DNA from: an uncultured Chloroflexia bacterium
GTDB taxonomy: Bacteria; Chloroflexota; Anaerolineae; CG2-30-64-16
Reading direction: 5' to 3'
Length of the DNA stretch: 64,000 nucleotides
Assembly: GCA_963810095.1 (NCBI GenBank)
Contig: CAWEMM010000006.1
Location: forward strand, 832,001-896,000
The number at the start of each line of letters is the position of its first letter. Position 1 is the stretch's first letter. Shown one piece after another: positions 1 through 11,053 of the stretch. The notes under the pieces are model-generated. The model had not been told where the DNA came from and ran no database searches. It saw only the letters and a list, made by a program, of their open reading frames with translations. The translations under genes and the position numbers were made by a program.

Positions 1-90
1 CCGATCCCGCAAGAGGTGAAGGATGCGGTCGAGGCGGCCAAGCAGGCGATCATCGCCGGCAAGGTCAACACGCTCGCCCCCATCAAGTAA
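1..90 (+). CDS. 3' end of probable BMP-family ABC transporter substrate-binding lipoprotein (partial)
   Basis: Frame 1 reads PIPQEVKDAVEAAKQAIIAGKVNTLAPIK* (stop at 88-90), resembling BMP C-termini; directly upstream of nucleoside-type permeases. Confidence 0.6.
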   Translation, partial: PIPQEVKDAVEAAKQAIIAGKVNTLAPIK

Positions 91-103
91 TCACTCGAAG
101 TGG

Positions 104-142
104 GCAGTGGCAGGTTGCAGGGCGCCTGTAACCTGCCACTGT
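104..142 (+). terminator. Stem-loop after the binding-protein gene (mRNA stabiliser or partial terminator)
   Basis: gcagtggcaggttgcag-ggcgc-ctgtaacctgccactgt inverted repeat, no U-tract. Confidence 0.5.
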
Positions 143-179
143 GAACGTGGAACGATGACGAGGAGGCATCGAGCACACT

Positions 180-1268
180 ATGACTGAATCTGCCACCCCC
201 GCCCCACGCCAGGCCGTCGCATCACCCCGATGGCTCAGGCAGGCGCGCCGGATCGCCGGTGCGGTGCTCACGCCACTGGCCGCGATCCTGGTAGCCCTTC
301 TGGTCAGCGCGCTCATCCTCCTCTTGACGGGGTACGACCCCGCCGCCGCATTCTCGGCCATGTGGAAAGGCGCATTCGCCGACATGCGCACGATCAGCGA
401 GGTGCTGATCAAGGCGACGCCGCTGATCATTATCGCCGCCGGCCTCTCGGTCGCGTTCCGGGCCTCGATCTGGAACATCGGCGCCGAGGGCCAGTTCTAT
501 GCGGGGGCAGTCGCGGCCACAGCCGCAGGCATCTATCTGCCGGGCCTGCCCATCGCCATCCATATCCCACTCGTGCTTCTCGCTGCGATCGTTGGCGGCG
601 CGCTGTGGGGGATGCTCGCGGGCTGGCTAAAGGTCCGCTTCAACGCTTCCGAGATCGTCACCACGATCATGCTTAACTATATTGCGATTATCGGCACCGG
701 CTGGCTTGTGACGGGACCGATGATCGAAGGCGCCGGCAAATATCCGCAGACGGCGAAGATCTTCGACTCTGCCATGCTGCCCCGCTTCCTCCCGCCGACC
801 CGCCTGCACATTGGCTTCCTAATCGCCCTCATCGTCTGCCTCGTGTTGTACGTGCTGCTATTCAGGACCAGCACCGGCTATGCGATCAGGGCTGTGGGTA
901 TCAATTCGAATGCCGCACGGTATGCGGGAATCAATGTAAGCAAGAATATCCTGCTTGCCATGGCGATCAGCGGCGGTGCGGCCGGCCTGGCGGGTGGCGT
1001 AGAGATTGCGGGCGTCGCATTTCGCCTGTACCAGGAGATCTCGCCCGGCTTCGGGTTTGACGCCATCGCAGTGGCCTTGCTCGCCAACAACAACCCGCTC
1101 GGCGTCATCTTCTCGGGCATCCTCTTTGGGGCGCTCCGCTCCGGGTCCGAGATGATGCAGATCACCGCGGACATCCCCTCCGTGCTGGTCTTTGCCATCC
1201 AGGGGATGGTCATCCTCGCAGTCGTCGCATTCGGCGTCTACCGTGAGCGCTCGGGGCAGGAAGGCTGA
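180..1268 (+). CDS. ABC transporter permease (nucleoside/simple sugar, BPD_transp_2)
   Basis: NIGAEGQ, RLHIGF, GFGFDAIAVALLA motifs; multi-TM. Confidence 0.93.
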   Translation: MTESATPAPRQAVASPRWLRQARRIAGAVLTPLAAILVALLVSALILLLTGYDPAAAFSAMWKGAFADMRTISEVLIKATPLIIIAAGLSVAFRASIWNIGAEGQFYAGAVAATAAGIYLPGLPIAIHIPLVLLAAIVGGALWGMLAGWLKVRFNASEIVTTIMLNYIAIIGTGWLVTGPMIEGAGKYPQTAKIFDSAMLPRFLPPTRLHIGFLIALIVCLVLYVLLFRTSTGYAIRAVGINSNAARYAGINVSKNILLAMAISGGAAGLAGGVEIAGVAFRLYQEISPGFGFDAIAVALLANNNPLGVIFSGILFGALRSGSEMMQITADIPSVLVFAIQGMVILAVVAFGVYRERSGQEG

Positions 1269-1279
1269 AGGAGGCACGT

Positions 1280-2212
1280 ATGGAAATTGCTGCCGTGATC
1301 GCGCTGGTAACGACTGTTTTTGCAGCGACCTGGCGCCTGGCGACGCCGCTCATCTACGCCTCCGTCGGCGAGCTTTTCGCCGAGCGGTCGGGCGTCCTCA
1401 ACATCGGGCTCGAAGGCATCATGTTATTCGGGGCTTTCGCCGGCTACGCAGGCGGCACCGTTACCGGCAGTCCCGCGGTCGGGCTGCTCGCCGCGATCGT
1501 CACCGGCTCGCTGCTGGGCCTCCTCTTTGCCTTCTTCACCGTCACGGTCAAGGCGAACCAGATCGTCGTCGGCGCGGCGCTCAACATGATCGGTCTGGGC
1601 CTCACCGGCTTCCTTTACCGCACCTGGTTCGACGTCAGTGCGAAGGGCGTCAAGACATTTGCGCCCTTGGAGATCCCGGTCCTCAGCCAGATCCCGGTCT
1701 TGGGAGACATGGTCTTCAAACACAGCATCCTGGTCTACGGCACGCTGCTCGTCGTTCCGTTGGCCGCATTCGTGCTCTACCGGACCGGCTTCGGGCTGGC
1801 GGTTCGCTCGGTGGGCGAGCATCCGAAGGCCGCGGACACGGTGGGAATCAACGTCGCCCGCATCCGCTACGCCTGCGTGGTGCTGGGCGCGGCGCTCGCG
1901 GGGGTGGGCGGCGCGTTTCTCACGCTCTCGCACACCAACCTGTTCGTCGAAGGGATGGTGGCGGGACGCGGCTTCATCGCCCTGGCGGTCGTTGTGTTCG
2001 GGCGCTGGAAGCCATGGGGCGTGTTTGGGGCCTCGCTGCTCTTCGGCGTTTTCTACGGCCTCCAGCTGCACCTGCAAGCGATGACCAACTCGTTCATCCC
2101 GTACCAGTTCTGGCAGGCCCTGCCGTATGTCGCGACGCTGATCATATTGGTTGCACTCCGGGGCCGGACGGGCTCGCCGCGCGCGCTCGGCGTCCCGTAC
2201 AATGCGAGGTAA
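1280..2212 (+). CDS. ABC transporter permease (nucleoside/simple sugar)
   Basis: ERSGVLNIGLEG, GEHPKAADTVG, GRGFIALA motifs; AGGAGG RBS. Confidence 0.93.
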   Translation: MEIAAVIALVTTVFAATWRLATPLIYASVGELFAERSGVLNIGLEGIMLFGAFAGYAGGTVTGSPAVGLLAAIVTGSLLGLLFAFFTVTVKANQIVVGAALNMIGLGLTGFLYRTWFDVSAKGVKTFAPLEIPVLSQIPVLGDMVFKHSILVYGTLLVVPLAAFVLYRTGFGLAVRSVGEHPKAADTVGINVARIRYACVVLGAALAGVGGAFLTLSHTNLFVEGMVAGRGFIALAVVVFGRWKPWGVFGASLLFGVFYGLQLHLQAMTNSFIPYQFWQALPYVATLIILVALRGRTGSPRALGVPYNAR

Positions 2213-2215
2213 GCG

Positions 2216-3772
2216 ATGAGCGAACAGCTGAGCCTAGAGACGGCCGCCAACAAGGGCCCGGCCGAACCGCTCCTGAAGATCGACAACATCGTCAAGTCCT
2301 TCGGCCGGGTGACCGCCAACAAGGGCGTGAGCTTCGACGTGCGCCCCGGCGAGATCCACTGTCTCCTGGGCGAAAATGGCGCGGGCAAGACCGTCTTGAT
2401 GAGCATCCTGTACGGGATGTACCAGGCCGACTCGGGGACGATCAGCTACAAAGGGCAGCCCCTTGCCATCCACTCGCCGCGCGATGCCATCGAGCACCGA
2501 ATCGGCATGGTGCACCAGCACTTCATGCTCGTGCCTACGCTCACCGTCGCGGAAAACATCGTCCTGGGGCAGCACAAGCCCTGGTCGGTGCTCAGCGACA
2601 TGGACCAGGTGGCGAAACGGATCCGCGAGCTGGGCCGTGACCTGGGCTTCGAGGTCGATCCGGGCGCACTCGTCGAGACGCTCTCGGTGGGTGAGCAGCA
2701 GCGGGTCGAAATCCTCAAGACCATGTACCATGGGGCCGACCTCCTGATCCTCGACGAACCCACTGCCGTGCTCACGCCCCAGGAGACCGTTCAGCTCTTG
2801 CACCTGCTGCGCGGGCTGGCGGATCGGGGACTCACCGTCATCTTCATCACCCACAAGCTGGAGGAGGTGATGCAGGTCAGCGACCGGGTGACGGTCCTGC
2901 GCGACGGCCGCGTCATCGAAACGGTGAACACCGCAGAGACGAATCCGCGCGCGCTTGCCAGGATGATGGTGGGTCGGGACGTATTGATGACGCTCCCACG
3001 CACCGCGTATAACCCTGGCGAACCCGTTCTTGAGGTAGAGGGCGTGTCGGTGATGAACGAACGGGGGCAGGAGGTGGTCCACGGGCTGTCGTTCTGCGTC
3101 CGAGAGCGGGAAATCGTCGGGGTGGCAGGCGTGTCGGGAAACGGCCAGACCGAACTGGCGTTGGCCCTCGCCGGGCTGCTGCCCACCTGCTGCGGTCGTA
3201 TGCGGCTCGGGGGGAAGGAACTCGAGAAGCTCTCGCCACACGAGTTGGGTCACCTGGGCATGGCGCATCTTCCGGAAGACCGCATCAAGATGGGTATCCT
3301 GCTTCCCTTCTCCATCGCTGAGAACATGATCCTGCACGAGTACAACCATCCGCCCTACAGCCGCAAAGGCTTCCTGGCCTTCGGCGCGATCTCGAGACAC
3401 GCCCGGGCGCTGGTGGACAAGTTCGACGTCCGCACGGCAGGAGTTGACACGGAAATCCAGAACCTTTCGGGCGGCAACCAGCAGAAGGTCGTCGTCGCGC
3501 GTGAACTGCAGCGCGACCCCCGCTTCATGCTCGTGTGCCAGCCGACCCGCGGCATCGACATCGGCGCGACCGAGTTCGTGCTCCAACAGATCCTCGCCCA
3601 GCGGGATCGCGGCTCGGCCATCCTGCTCATCTCGACAGAACTCGAAGAACTGTTCGCCGTCAGCGACCGCATCGTCGTGATGTACGAGGGCCAGATCGTG
3701 GGCGAGACGCCCGCCGACCGCAGCCACGTGGAGGATGTGGGCCTCATGATGGCGGGCAAGCAGGCGAGGTAA
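2216..3772 (+). CDS. ABC transporter ATP-binding protein, tandem ATPase domains (CUT2 type)
   Basis: GENGAGKT Walker A, LSVGEQQR, ILDEPT, LSGGNQQK. Confidence 0.95.
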   Translation: MSEQLSLETAANKGPAEPLLKIDNIVKSFGRVTANKGVSFDVRPGEIHCLLGENGAGKTVLMSILYGMYQADSGTISYKGQPLAIHSPRDAIEHRIGMVHQHFMLVPTLTVAENIVLGQHKPWSVLSDMDQVAKRIRELGRDLGFEVDPGALVETLSVGEQQRVEILKTMYHGADLLILDEPTAVLTPQETVQLLHLLRGLADRGLTVIFITHKLEEVMQVSDRVTVLRDGRVIETVNTAETNPRALARMMVGRDVLMTLPRTAYNPGEPVLEVEGVSVMNERGQEVVHGLSFCVREREIVGVAGVSGNGQTELALALAGLLPTCCGRMRLGGKELEKLSPHELGHLGMAHLPEDRIKMGILLPFSIAENMILHEYNHPPYSRKGFLAFGAISRHARALVDKFDVRTAGVDTEIQNLSGGNQQKVVVARELQRDPRFMLVCQPTRGIDIGATEFVLQQILAQRDRGSAILLISTELEELFAVSDRIVVMYEGQIVGETPADRSHVEDVGLMMAGKQAR

Positions 3773-3839
3773 GCGACCGGAGCGACCCTGGCTGACCGGA
3801 CCTGGCAGGCGACGCTTGCCAGGTCTTCTGTTTTCGGCC

Positions 3840-3868
3840 TTGACGCTTGCGCAAGTTCGGTCTAGAAT
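3840..3868 (+). promoter_or_regulatory. sigma70-type promoter of radA
   Basis: TTGACG (3840-3845), 17-bp spacer, TAGAAT (3863-3868). Confidence 0.7.
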
Positions 3869-3870
3869 AA

Positions 3871-3884
3871 CGAACAAATGAGCG
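3871..3884. promoter_or_regulatory. Possible degenerate LexA box at the radA transcription start
   Basis: CGAAC-AAAT-GAGCG vs CGAAC-N4-GTTCG (2 mismatches), just downstream of the -10. Confidence 0.4.
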
Positions 3885-3926
3885 AAGGCTGTTGCGTGCT
3901 GCTCACGACCAAGAAAGACCCGGACC

Positions 3927-5354
3927 ATGGCCAAGTCAAAGACCCGATACGTCTGCTCGAACTGCGGCAGCGCCCAGCCGAAATGGATGGGCAAGTGCCC
4001 GGATTGCGGCGAGTGGAACTCGCTCGTCGAGACCGTCATCCAGGAGGCTCCGACCGGCCGCCACACAGGCGCGGCCATTGCCGGCGGTGGCGGGGGGCCC
4101 CAGGCCCTGCCCGACATCCCTGCCGACGGTTACGAGCGCGTGCCGGTGCCCATCGGCGAGCTGAGCCGGGTGCTCGGCGGCGGGATCGTGCCGGGCTCGG
4201 TCGTCCTGATCAGCGGCGATCCCGGCATTGGCAAGTCGACCCTGCTTATCCAGCTCTGCGACGCCCTTGCGCGGCCCGGTCAAGACCATTCCGGTGAAGG
4301 TCCCGTGCTCTACGTCTCGGGCGAAGAGTCGGCCGCCCAGATCAAGCTGCGCGCCGAACGCTTGGGTATCGTCTCGCGCGACATCCAGGTGCTGGCCGAA
4401 ACCCACCTCGAGACGATCTCCAACCACATCCAGCAGCTTCAACCGCGCATGGTCGTCGTCGATTCGGTGCAGAGCATCTACTCGGAGGCCATCCAGTCGG
4501 GCGCGGGCAGCGTGACCCAGGTGCGCGACTGCTCGGCGCACCTGCTGCGCCTCGCCAAGGCCCTGACCTTCCCGCTGTTCCTCGTCGGGCACGTGACGAA
4601 GGAAGGCGCGATCGCGGGCCCCCGTGTGCTCGAGCACATGGTCGACACGGTCCTCTACCTGGAGGGCGAGCGGTTTCACTCGTTCCGCCTGCTGCGTTCG
4701 GTCAAAAACCGCTTCGGCTCAACGAACGAGGTCGGCGTGTTCGAGATGGCCGAGAGCGGGTTGGTCGAGGTCACGAACCCGTCCGAGGCCTTCCTGGCCG
4801 AGCGCATCCCGAACGCGCCGGGCTCCGCCATTGCCGTGACGATGGAGGGCACGCGTCCGATCCTGGTGGAGGTGCAGGCCCTATCCAGCGCGACCACTTT
4901 CGCCCAGCCGCGGCGCACGGCGAACGGCGTCGACTTCAACCGCCTGCTCCTCATCACCGCAGTCCTCACCAAGCGCGCTCGCACGCGCCTGGCCGACCAG
5001 GACGTCTTCGTCAACGTCGTCGGCGGGCTGCAGGTGGACGAGCCCGCGGTCGACCTGGCCGTCGCGGCTGCGGTGGCATCCTCTGCACGCAACCGCCCTG
5101 TGGCAGCGGACCTGGCCTTGGTGGGCGAGGTGGGCCTCAGCGGCGAGCTGCGCAGCGTGGGACAACTGCCCCGGCGGCTGAACGAAGCCGCCAAGCTGGG
5201 GTTCACCCGCGTGCTGGTGCCCGCGACCGCCGCGCGTAAGCTCGAGCATCCGCCTGCCGGCCTGCAGGTGCTCGGTGCGCGCACGCTGCGGGAGGCGCTG
5301 GAGATGGCGCTGCTTGGCAGCGACGAGGTCCCGGCGCGCGACCGCGAGGGCTAG
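3927..5354 (+). CDS. radA: DNA repair protein RadA/Sms
   Basis: CxxC..CxxC zinc finger, GDPGIGKST, KNRFG motif, Lon-like C-terminal domain. Confidence 0.97.
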   Translation: MAKSKTRYVCSNCGSAQPKWMGKCPDCGEWNSLVETVIQEAPTGRHTGAAIAGGGGGPQALPDIPADGYERVPVPIGELSRVLGGGIVPGSVVLISGDPGIGKSTLLIQLCDALARPGQDHSGEGPVLYVSGEESAAQIKLRAERLGIVSRDIQVLAETHLETISNHIQQLQPRMVVVDSVQSIYSEAIQSGAGSVTQVRDCSAHLLRLAKALTFPLFLVGHVTKEGAIAGPRVLEHMVDTVLYLEGERFHSFRLLRSVKNRFGSTNEVGVFEMAESGLVEVTNPSEAFLAERIPNAPGSAIAVTMEGTRPILVEVQALSSATTFAQPRRTANGVDFNRLLLITAVLTKRARTRLADQDVFVNVVGGLQVDEPAVDLAVAAAVASSARNRPVAADLALVGEVGLSGELRSVGQLPRRLNEAAKLGFTRVLVPATAARKLEHPPAGLQVLGARTLREALEMALLGSDEVPARDREG

Positions 5355-5420
5355 CGCTCGACTAGGGGACTTGCGGCTTCGGCAGATGCGCAGGGCCCGT
5401 CTCCGGACGTGCCTCCTGGG

Positions 5421-5457
5421 CTTTGTGCACCCTTGGTTCTTCGTGTCTTTGTGGTGA
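5421..5457. repeat. Intergenic ~9-bp-period repeat (right arm of an ACCAC-AAAG / CTTTGTGGT family element)
   Basis: ctttgtgcacccttggttcttcgtgtctttgtggtga; related copies at 5853, 8821, 33020, 58883. Confidence 0.55.
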
Positions 5458-5484
5458 GCCACCAGCTGCGCAAGGAGCACACCC

Positions 5485-5853
5485 ATGAGCGAAATCTACG
5501 GCATCGACCATGTCCAGCTGTCAATTCCGCCGGGCGGGGAGGACCGCGCCCGCGCCTTTTACGGCGGGCTGCTCGGGCTGCGCGAGGTACCCAAGCCCGA
5601 ATCATTGGCAGGACGGGGCGGCGCGTGGTTCGAGTCCGGCTCGCTCAGGCTGCACCTGGGCGCCGAGCCGGACATGACGCCCATGAAGAAGGCCCACCCC
5701 GGGCTCCTGGTACACGGGCTTGCCGGGTTAGTGGCCCGGTTGCAGGCGGCAGGCGTCACGGTCTCCTTCGAGCCGCCCCTCCCCGGCTACGACCGCGCCC
5801 ACATCCTGGACCCGTTCGGCAACCGCATCGAGCTTCTGGAAATCAGCGACTAG
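5485..5853 (+). CDS. VOC/glyoxalase family protein
   Basis: IDHVQL, FYGGLLGL, DPFGNRIEL motifs. Confidence 0.9.
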   Translation: MSEIYGIDHVQLSIPPGGEDRARAFYGGLLGLREVPKPESLAGRGGAWFESGSLRLHLGAEPDMTPMKKAHPGLLVHGLAGLVARLQAAGVTVSFEPPLPGYDRAHILDPFGNRIELLEISD

Positions 5854-5925
5854 CCACGCAGACACAACGACACGAGGGATCACCAAGGCTGTGTAGCACT
5901 TCGTGTCTGCGTGTCCTGGTGGTGA
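5853..5925. repeat. Intergenic imperfect palindromic repeat between convergent genes
   Basis: gccacgcagacacaacgacacgaggg ... cttcgtgtctgcgtgtcctggtggtga. Confidence 0.55.
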
Positions 5926-5928
5926 AAG

Positions 5929-7309
5929 TCACTCGCGCGCGACGACCTTTAGCTTCAACCCACCCTTTGGCCGTAAGGTCAGCAGCGCCTGCAATTCGAT
6001 CTCGGGCTGTTCGACCGTTTCGAAAGCGAAGCGCTGCACCATCATGGGCAGGATGATCTGGCCCTCGAACATCGCCAGGTGGCTGCCCACGCAGACGTGG
6101 GGCCCGCCACCGAACGGGAAGAAGGCGTAGGGAGGCACCCGCTTCTTCCAGTCGCCGCTGAACCGTTGGGGGTCGAACTCCATGGGATTCGGGTAAATGC
6201 GGGCGTCGCGGTGGATCGTCCACATCGGGATCAGCAGCACGCTGCCTTTTGGCAGCGTCGTCTCGCCAAGTTGAACATCCTCGACGACCTGGCGCACCAT
6301 CAGCGACCACGCGGGCGGGTAGATGCGCATCGACTCGTTGAGCACCTGCTCCGTGTACGGCAGCGCCTTGATGTCGTCCAGCCCCGGGACCCGGCCGCCC
6401 AAGACCTCGTCGACCTCCGCCTGCAGCTTCCTTTGGACGTCCGGGTTGCAGGCCAGCAGGTACAGCGTCCACATGAGCATCAGCGCGGTCGTCTCGTGGC
6501 CCGCGCCGAACAGCGTCTTCAGCTCGTTGCAGATCTCCCGGTCGCTCAGCTGCGTGCCGGTCTCCTCGTCCTGCGCCGCGATCAGGTCCGACAGGATATC
6601 GGCGTAATCCGTGCCCTCGGCACGCCGCTGCCGGATCAGGGGTAGGATGAACGCCTCGATGACCTCAGTCGCACGGTTAATGCGCCGGTTGTCGCCCGTC
6701 GGCAGCCAGGCGGGCAGCTGCTGAAATGCGGTCGTGCGTGCGGTGAGCACCTCAAAGACCGCGGTCAGCGCTTGGTTCTGATCGGCCGCGTCCTGCTCGA
6801 TGTTGCGCACGCTGAAGATGATATCGGCGATGATCCCCATGGTGGTCCGCATCATCTCGAACATCATCTCGATAGTCAATCCACCGTCCGCGCTTGCGCC
6901 GGCCTGCCAGCGGTCGAGCAGCCGGGTGGTGTGGATGGTCACGACGTCGAGATAGCGCTTCACCACGCTCGCCTGGAACGAGGGGTTGAGCAGCCGGCGG
7001 TGCCGTTTCCACGGATCGCCCTCCATCGTCAAGGTGGAGGCGCCCACCGCGCTCGACCACGTCGCGGTTTGCCGTCCCCACTTGACGAGCTTGCCGCCCT
7101 GCAGGCTGGGGGTCATCAACTCACGGACGAAGCCGGGACTGTTGACCAGGTAAAAGTGAAATGCCGCCATGCGGAAATAGGCCAGATCGCCGTAGGTCCC
7201 GGCGACGTCGGTGAGGAAGCCGAGCGTGTCGCGCTCGAAATCGGATCAGGTTGAGCACGCCGTACGGCCCGCCGTCAGGACCGGGCGGGCGCGAAATGGT
7301 TGTGGGCAT
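5929..7309 (-). CDS. Cytochrome P450 (frameshift near 7235; N-terminus MPTTISRPPGP)
   Basis: AGHETT I-helix, ESMR (ExxR), PFGGGPHVCVG heme motif; GGAGGT RBS before ATG 7309. Confidence 0.92.
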
Positions 7310-7540
7310 GGGGGCACTACCTCCAAGATGCGGCAGACGTAAGGCCGAGGTCACCTCGCGCCTACAGCCGTATGATACCACAACGCCTCCGTCCCGGACG
7401 CGGTCAGGGAGAGACAGACTCGATAGCCGGCAAACGCGATCTGCGCTGCCCCCCGCCTTCCCTCAGTTCGCGCGATTCGCGGGGCCCCGCCCGAGGTGGT
7501 ATACTCTTCTCATCCTCGTATAACCGTTTGGGAGGTTTGC

Positions 7541-8807
7541 ATGACCGTAACCGCCGTCGTCGGCGCTCAATGGGGCGATGAAGGGAAGGGGCGGATCGTC
7601 GACTACCTGGCCCAGAACGCCCACATGGTGATTCGCTTCCAGGGCGGCGACAACGCCGGGCACACGGTTGTCAACGAGCACGGCACATTCCGCCTGCACC
7701 TGGTCCCCTCAGGCATCTTCAACCCTGCGACGGTTTGCATCGTCGGTTCCGGCACGGTCATTCATCCCCCGGCCTTGCTCGACGAGATGAGCGAACTGGT
7801 GGCCGCGGGCATCAGCCTCGATAACCTTTGGATTTCGGATCGCGCCCACGTGATTATGCCTTACCACCGTGTCCTCGACGGGCTCGAGGAGTCGGCACGG
7901 GGCGGCGCGCAGATCGGCACGACCAAGCGGGGCATCGGCCCGGCATACGCGGACAAGGCCGCCCGCAGCGGCATCCGCATGGGCGACCTGTGCCGGCCCG
8001 GCTACCTGGCCGACCGGCTCGCCCTCGCACTCCCGCGCGTCAACCGCACGGTCACGCAGCTCGGCAGCGAGGAATTCGACCTGTACGGGCTGGCACGGCA
8101 GGCGATGGGCTGGGGCAATGCGCTCGACGGGCGCATCGTGGACACTGGGCCCGTCGTGCAGGCCGCCTATCGTGCGGGCGAAGAAATCCTGCTCGAAGGC
8201 CAGCTGGGCGTGATGCGCGACCTCGACTGGGGCACCTACCCCTACGTCACCTCCTCGAATCCGATTGCCGGCGGCGGCTACGCAGGCGCCGGCCTCCCGC
8301 CGCAGGCCATCCAGCGCGTCGTCGGCGTGGTCAAGGCCTACTGCACCGCGGTCGGCGCAGGGCCCCTGCCCACCGAGCTGCACGACGAGGTGGCCGACCA
8401 CCTGCGCAGCGTGGGTGCGGAGTACGGCGCGACGACCGGCCGCCCGCGTCGCTGTGGCTGGCTGGACGGGGTAGCATTGCCCTATGCGGCGTGGCTGAAC
8501 GGCTTCACCGGCCTCGCGATCACCAAGCTCGACGTGCTGGATGGGCTGCCCGAGCTGAAGATCTGCACGGGCTACCGGATCGGCGACGACGTCGTCGACC
8601 GGATCCCCGACACTTACAACATGGCGCGTGCCGACCCGATCTACGAGAGCTGGCCGCGGCTGGCAAGAGTCGACGCGGCACGCCCGCCGCTGGGGCGAAC
8701 TGCCGCAAGCCGCCAAGGCCTACCTCGACCGCATCTCAGAGCTTGCCGGCACGCCCTTGCAGTACGTCTCCGTCGGCCCCGGCAGGGACCAGTTGATCGT
8801 CTTGTAG
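7541..8807 (+). CDS. purA: Adenylosuccinate synthetase (frameshift near 8660)
   Basis: [39 protein letters not shown]; C-terminus ...[14 protein letters not shown] in shifted frame. Confidence 0.95.
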
Positions 8808-8820
8808 AGCGAGAAGGTCG

Positions 8821-8897
8821 CAAACACAAAGGCACCGGAGGACCGAAGCTTCACAAGAGTCCTTGTGCATCTTTGGTTCTTCGGTTCTTTTGTGTTA
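8821..8897. repeat. Intergenic palindromic repeat (ACACAAAG ... CTTTTGTGTT family)
   Basis: Imperfect inverted arms between purA and purB. Confidence 0.5.
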
Positions 8898-8909
8898 GGA
8901 GAGGGCAAC

Positions 8910-10315
8910 GTGAGCGACTCTTCCTATTCTTACGACACCTATCTGTCCCCGTTCACCTGGCGGTACGGCTCGACGGAGATGCGGGCGCTGTGGAGCGAGC
9001 TGCACCGGCGCAGGCTGTGGCGCACGATCTGGGTCGCGCTGGCCCAGCGCGGAGCAGGCCGCGGGCCTGACCACCCCCGAGCAGGTCGCCGACCTGGCGG
9101 CGCACGCCGAAGAGATCGACCTGGCCGCGCGCGCTGGAGATCGAGGCCGAGATCCATCACGACCTGATGGCCGAGGTGCGCACCTTTGCCGAGCAGTGTC
9201 CGATTGGCGGCGGGGTCATCCACCTGGGCGCCACCTCGATGGACATCGAGGACAACGCCGAGGCGCTGCGCGTCCGCGACGCGCTCGACATCCTCCTCGG
9301 CAAGCTCAGGGCGCTGCTGGCCGCTTTCGCCGGCCAGATCGAGGAGTGGGCCGGTGTCCCGGCGATGGCCTTCACCCACCTCCAGCCCGCCGAGCCGACG
9401 ACGGTGGGCTACCGGCTGGCGCAGTACGGCCAGGACCTGCTGACCGACTACCTCGACCTGGGCCGCGTGCGTGCGGCCGTGCGGGGCAAGGGCCTCAAGG
9501 GCGCGGTCGGCACGTCCGCGTCGTACCTCCAATTGCTCCAGGGCACCGGGATGACGCCGGCAGAACTCGAGGACCGCGTCATGGACACCCTCGGGTTGCC
9601 CGCATATCCGGTCGCCACCCAGGTCTATCCGCGCAAGCAGGACTACACAGTCCTCGCCGCCCTCGCCGGGCTGGCCCAGTCGCTCTACAAGTTCGCGTTC
9701 GACCTGCGTTTCCTGCAGACGCCTCCCATCGGCGAATGGGCCGAGCCGTTTGGCCGCAGCCAGGTCGGTTCGAGCGCCATGCCCTTCAAGCGCAACCCGA
9801 TCCATGCGGAGAACATGGACAGCCTCGCCCGGCTGCTCGCCGGCCTGCCGCGGGTCGCCTGGGACAACGCCGCGCACAACCTGCTCGAGCGCACGCTGGA
9901 CGATTCGGCCAACCGCCGGACGATCCTCCCCGAAGGGTTCCTGATCGCGGACGAGCTGCTGATGCGGGCCACCCGCATTGTCACGGGCCTGCGCTTCGAC
10001 GGGCAGGCCCGCGAACGGCTGCTGGCCGCGTACGGGCCCTTTGCGGCCACAGAGCGGCTGCTGATGGAGCTGGCGCGGCGCGGCGCCGACCGGCAGGCCA
10101 TGCACGAGCTGATTCGCGAGCACTCGATGGCGGCCTGGGCGGCCGTCCAGGCCGGCGGAGCCAACCCATTGGTCGGGGCCCTGTGCGCCGACCCGCGGCT
10201 GGCGGAGTATGCGGACCGGGAGCAGCTGGCGGCGTGGCTGGACGCAACCGACTACCTGGGGGATGCGCCCACCCGGGCGCTGGAGATGGCCGCGACGCTG
10301 CGTCGCACGGTGTAG
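8910..10315 (+). CDS. purB: Adenylosuccinate lyase (frameshifts near 9050-9130)
   Basis: [12 protein letters not shown]-terminus, [29 protein letters not shown] signature. Confidence 0.94.
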
Positions 10316-10346
10316 GGGCGAGGCAAAGCGGGCTTGCCTCGCCCCT
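10312..10346. repeat. GTAG-type REP-like hairpin between convergent genes
   Basis: gtaggggcgaggcaa-agcgggc-ttgcctcgcccct; near-identical arms at 38611-38648. Confidence 0.65.
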
Positions 10347-10367
10347 CGAGGTTGCGGGCTTCGGCCC

Positions 10368-10822
10368 TTACTTCAGCGTCTGCAGGTAGGCGACCAGGTC
10401 GTTGATCTGCTCGGGCGTGAGCTCGTCTTTGAAGTTCTGGGGCATGATGCCGGGCGCGAACCCTTCGACCACGTCGACGCTCGGGTTCACAATCGCCTCG
10501 TGGAGCCATTCGGCCTGGCTCTTGGCGGTGCCCTTGTAACCGGCCTCCTTGAAGGCGCCCTCCGCATCCGTCGCAATGCCGTAGAGCGACGGGCCGACAA
10601 GCTTCTGGTCCTTCACGATCGAGTGGCACGTCTTGCAGCCCGGCAGGTTGTCTTTGCCCAGCGTGGCCTGGTTGAACAGCTTTTCGCCGTTCGCGGCATT
10701 GCCGGCCGCGGCGCTTCCTGTCGAACTCGTGCCGTGCCGCCCGCTGGCGCGCCCTGCCCGCCGCACACGGCCAAAACGAGCGCGCCGATCAGGATCAACA
10801 GGACCCATGACTTCCGCAACAT
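10368..10822 (-). CDS. Monoheme cytochrome c, probable lipoprotein (frameshift near 10770)
   Basis: CKTCH heme motif, GPSL, distal-ligand IMP; signal MLRKSWVLLILIGALVLA in adjacent frame. Confidence 0.85.
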
Positions 10823-10979
10823 AAGGGACCTCCGATACAGTGTGAGGGACGAGGCGTTACCGCCCCGTAAGGATTGCCTGGTGCGTGGGGAGACGCGACG
10901 CCGCAATGGCGAAGACGCCAGGCACGAGCACCGCTTCCAGTATAGAGGTGGCTGTAGGGTCTGTATAGTGTCGGAAAAT

Positions 10980-11016
10980 ACAAAACGCACGGGGCGCTGC
11001 CCCGTGCGTTGTTTGT
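10980..11016 (-). terminator. Intrinsic terminator-like hairpin downstream of the 11054 gene
   Basis: acaaaacgcacggggc-gct-gccccgtgcgttgtttgt. Confidence 0.6.
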
Positions 11017-11053
11017 GCCAAGTCAGGGCCGGGTGGGGCCCTGCAACACGTGC

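Noticed and set aside
7541-8807. purA as a PurZ (Z-base synthesis) homologue
   Set aside because: It retains the catalytic Asp in WGDEGKG, is paired with purB and has no phage context
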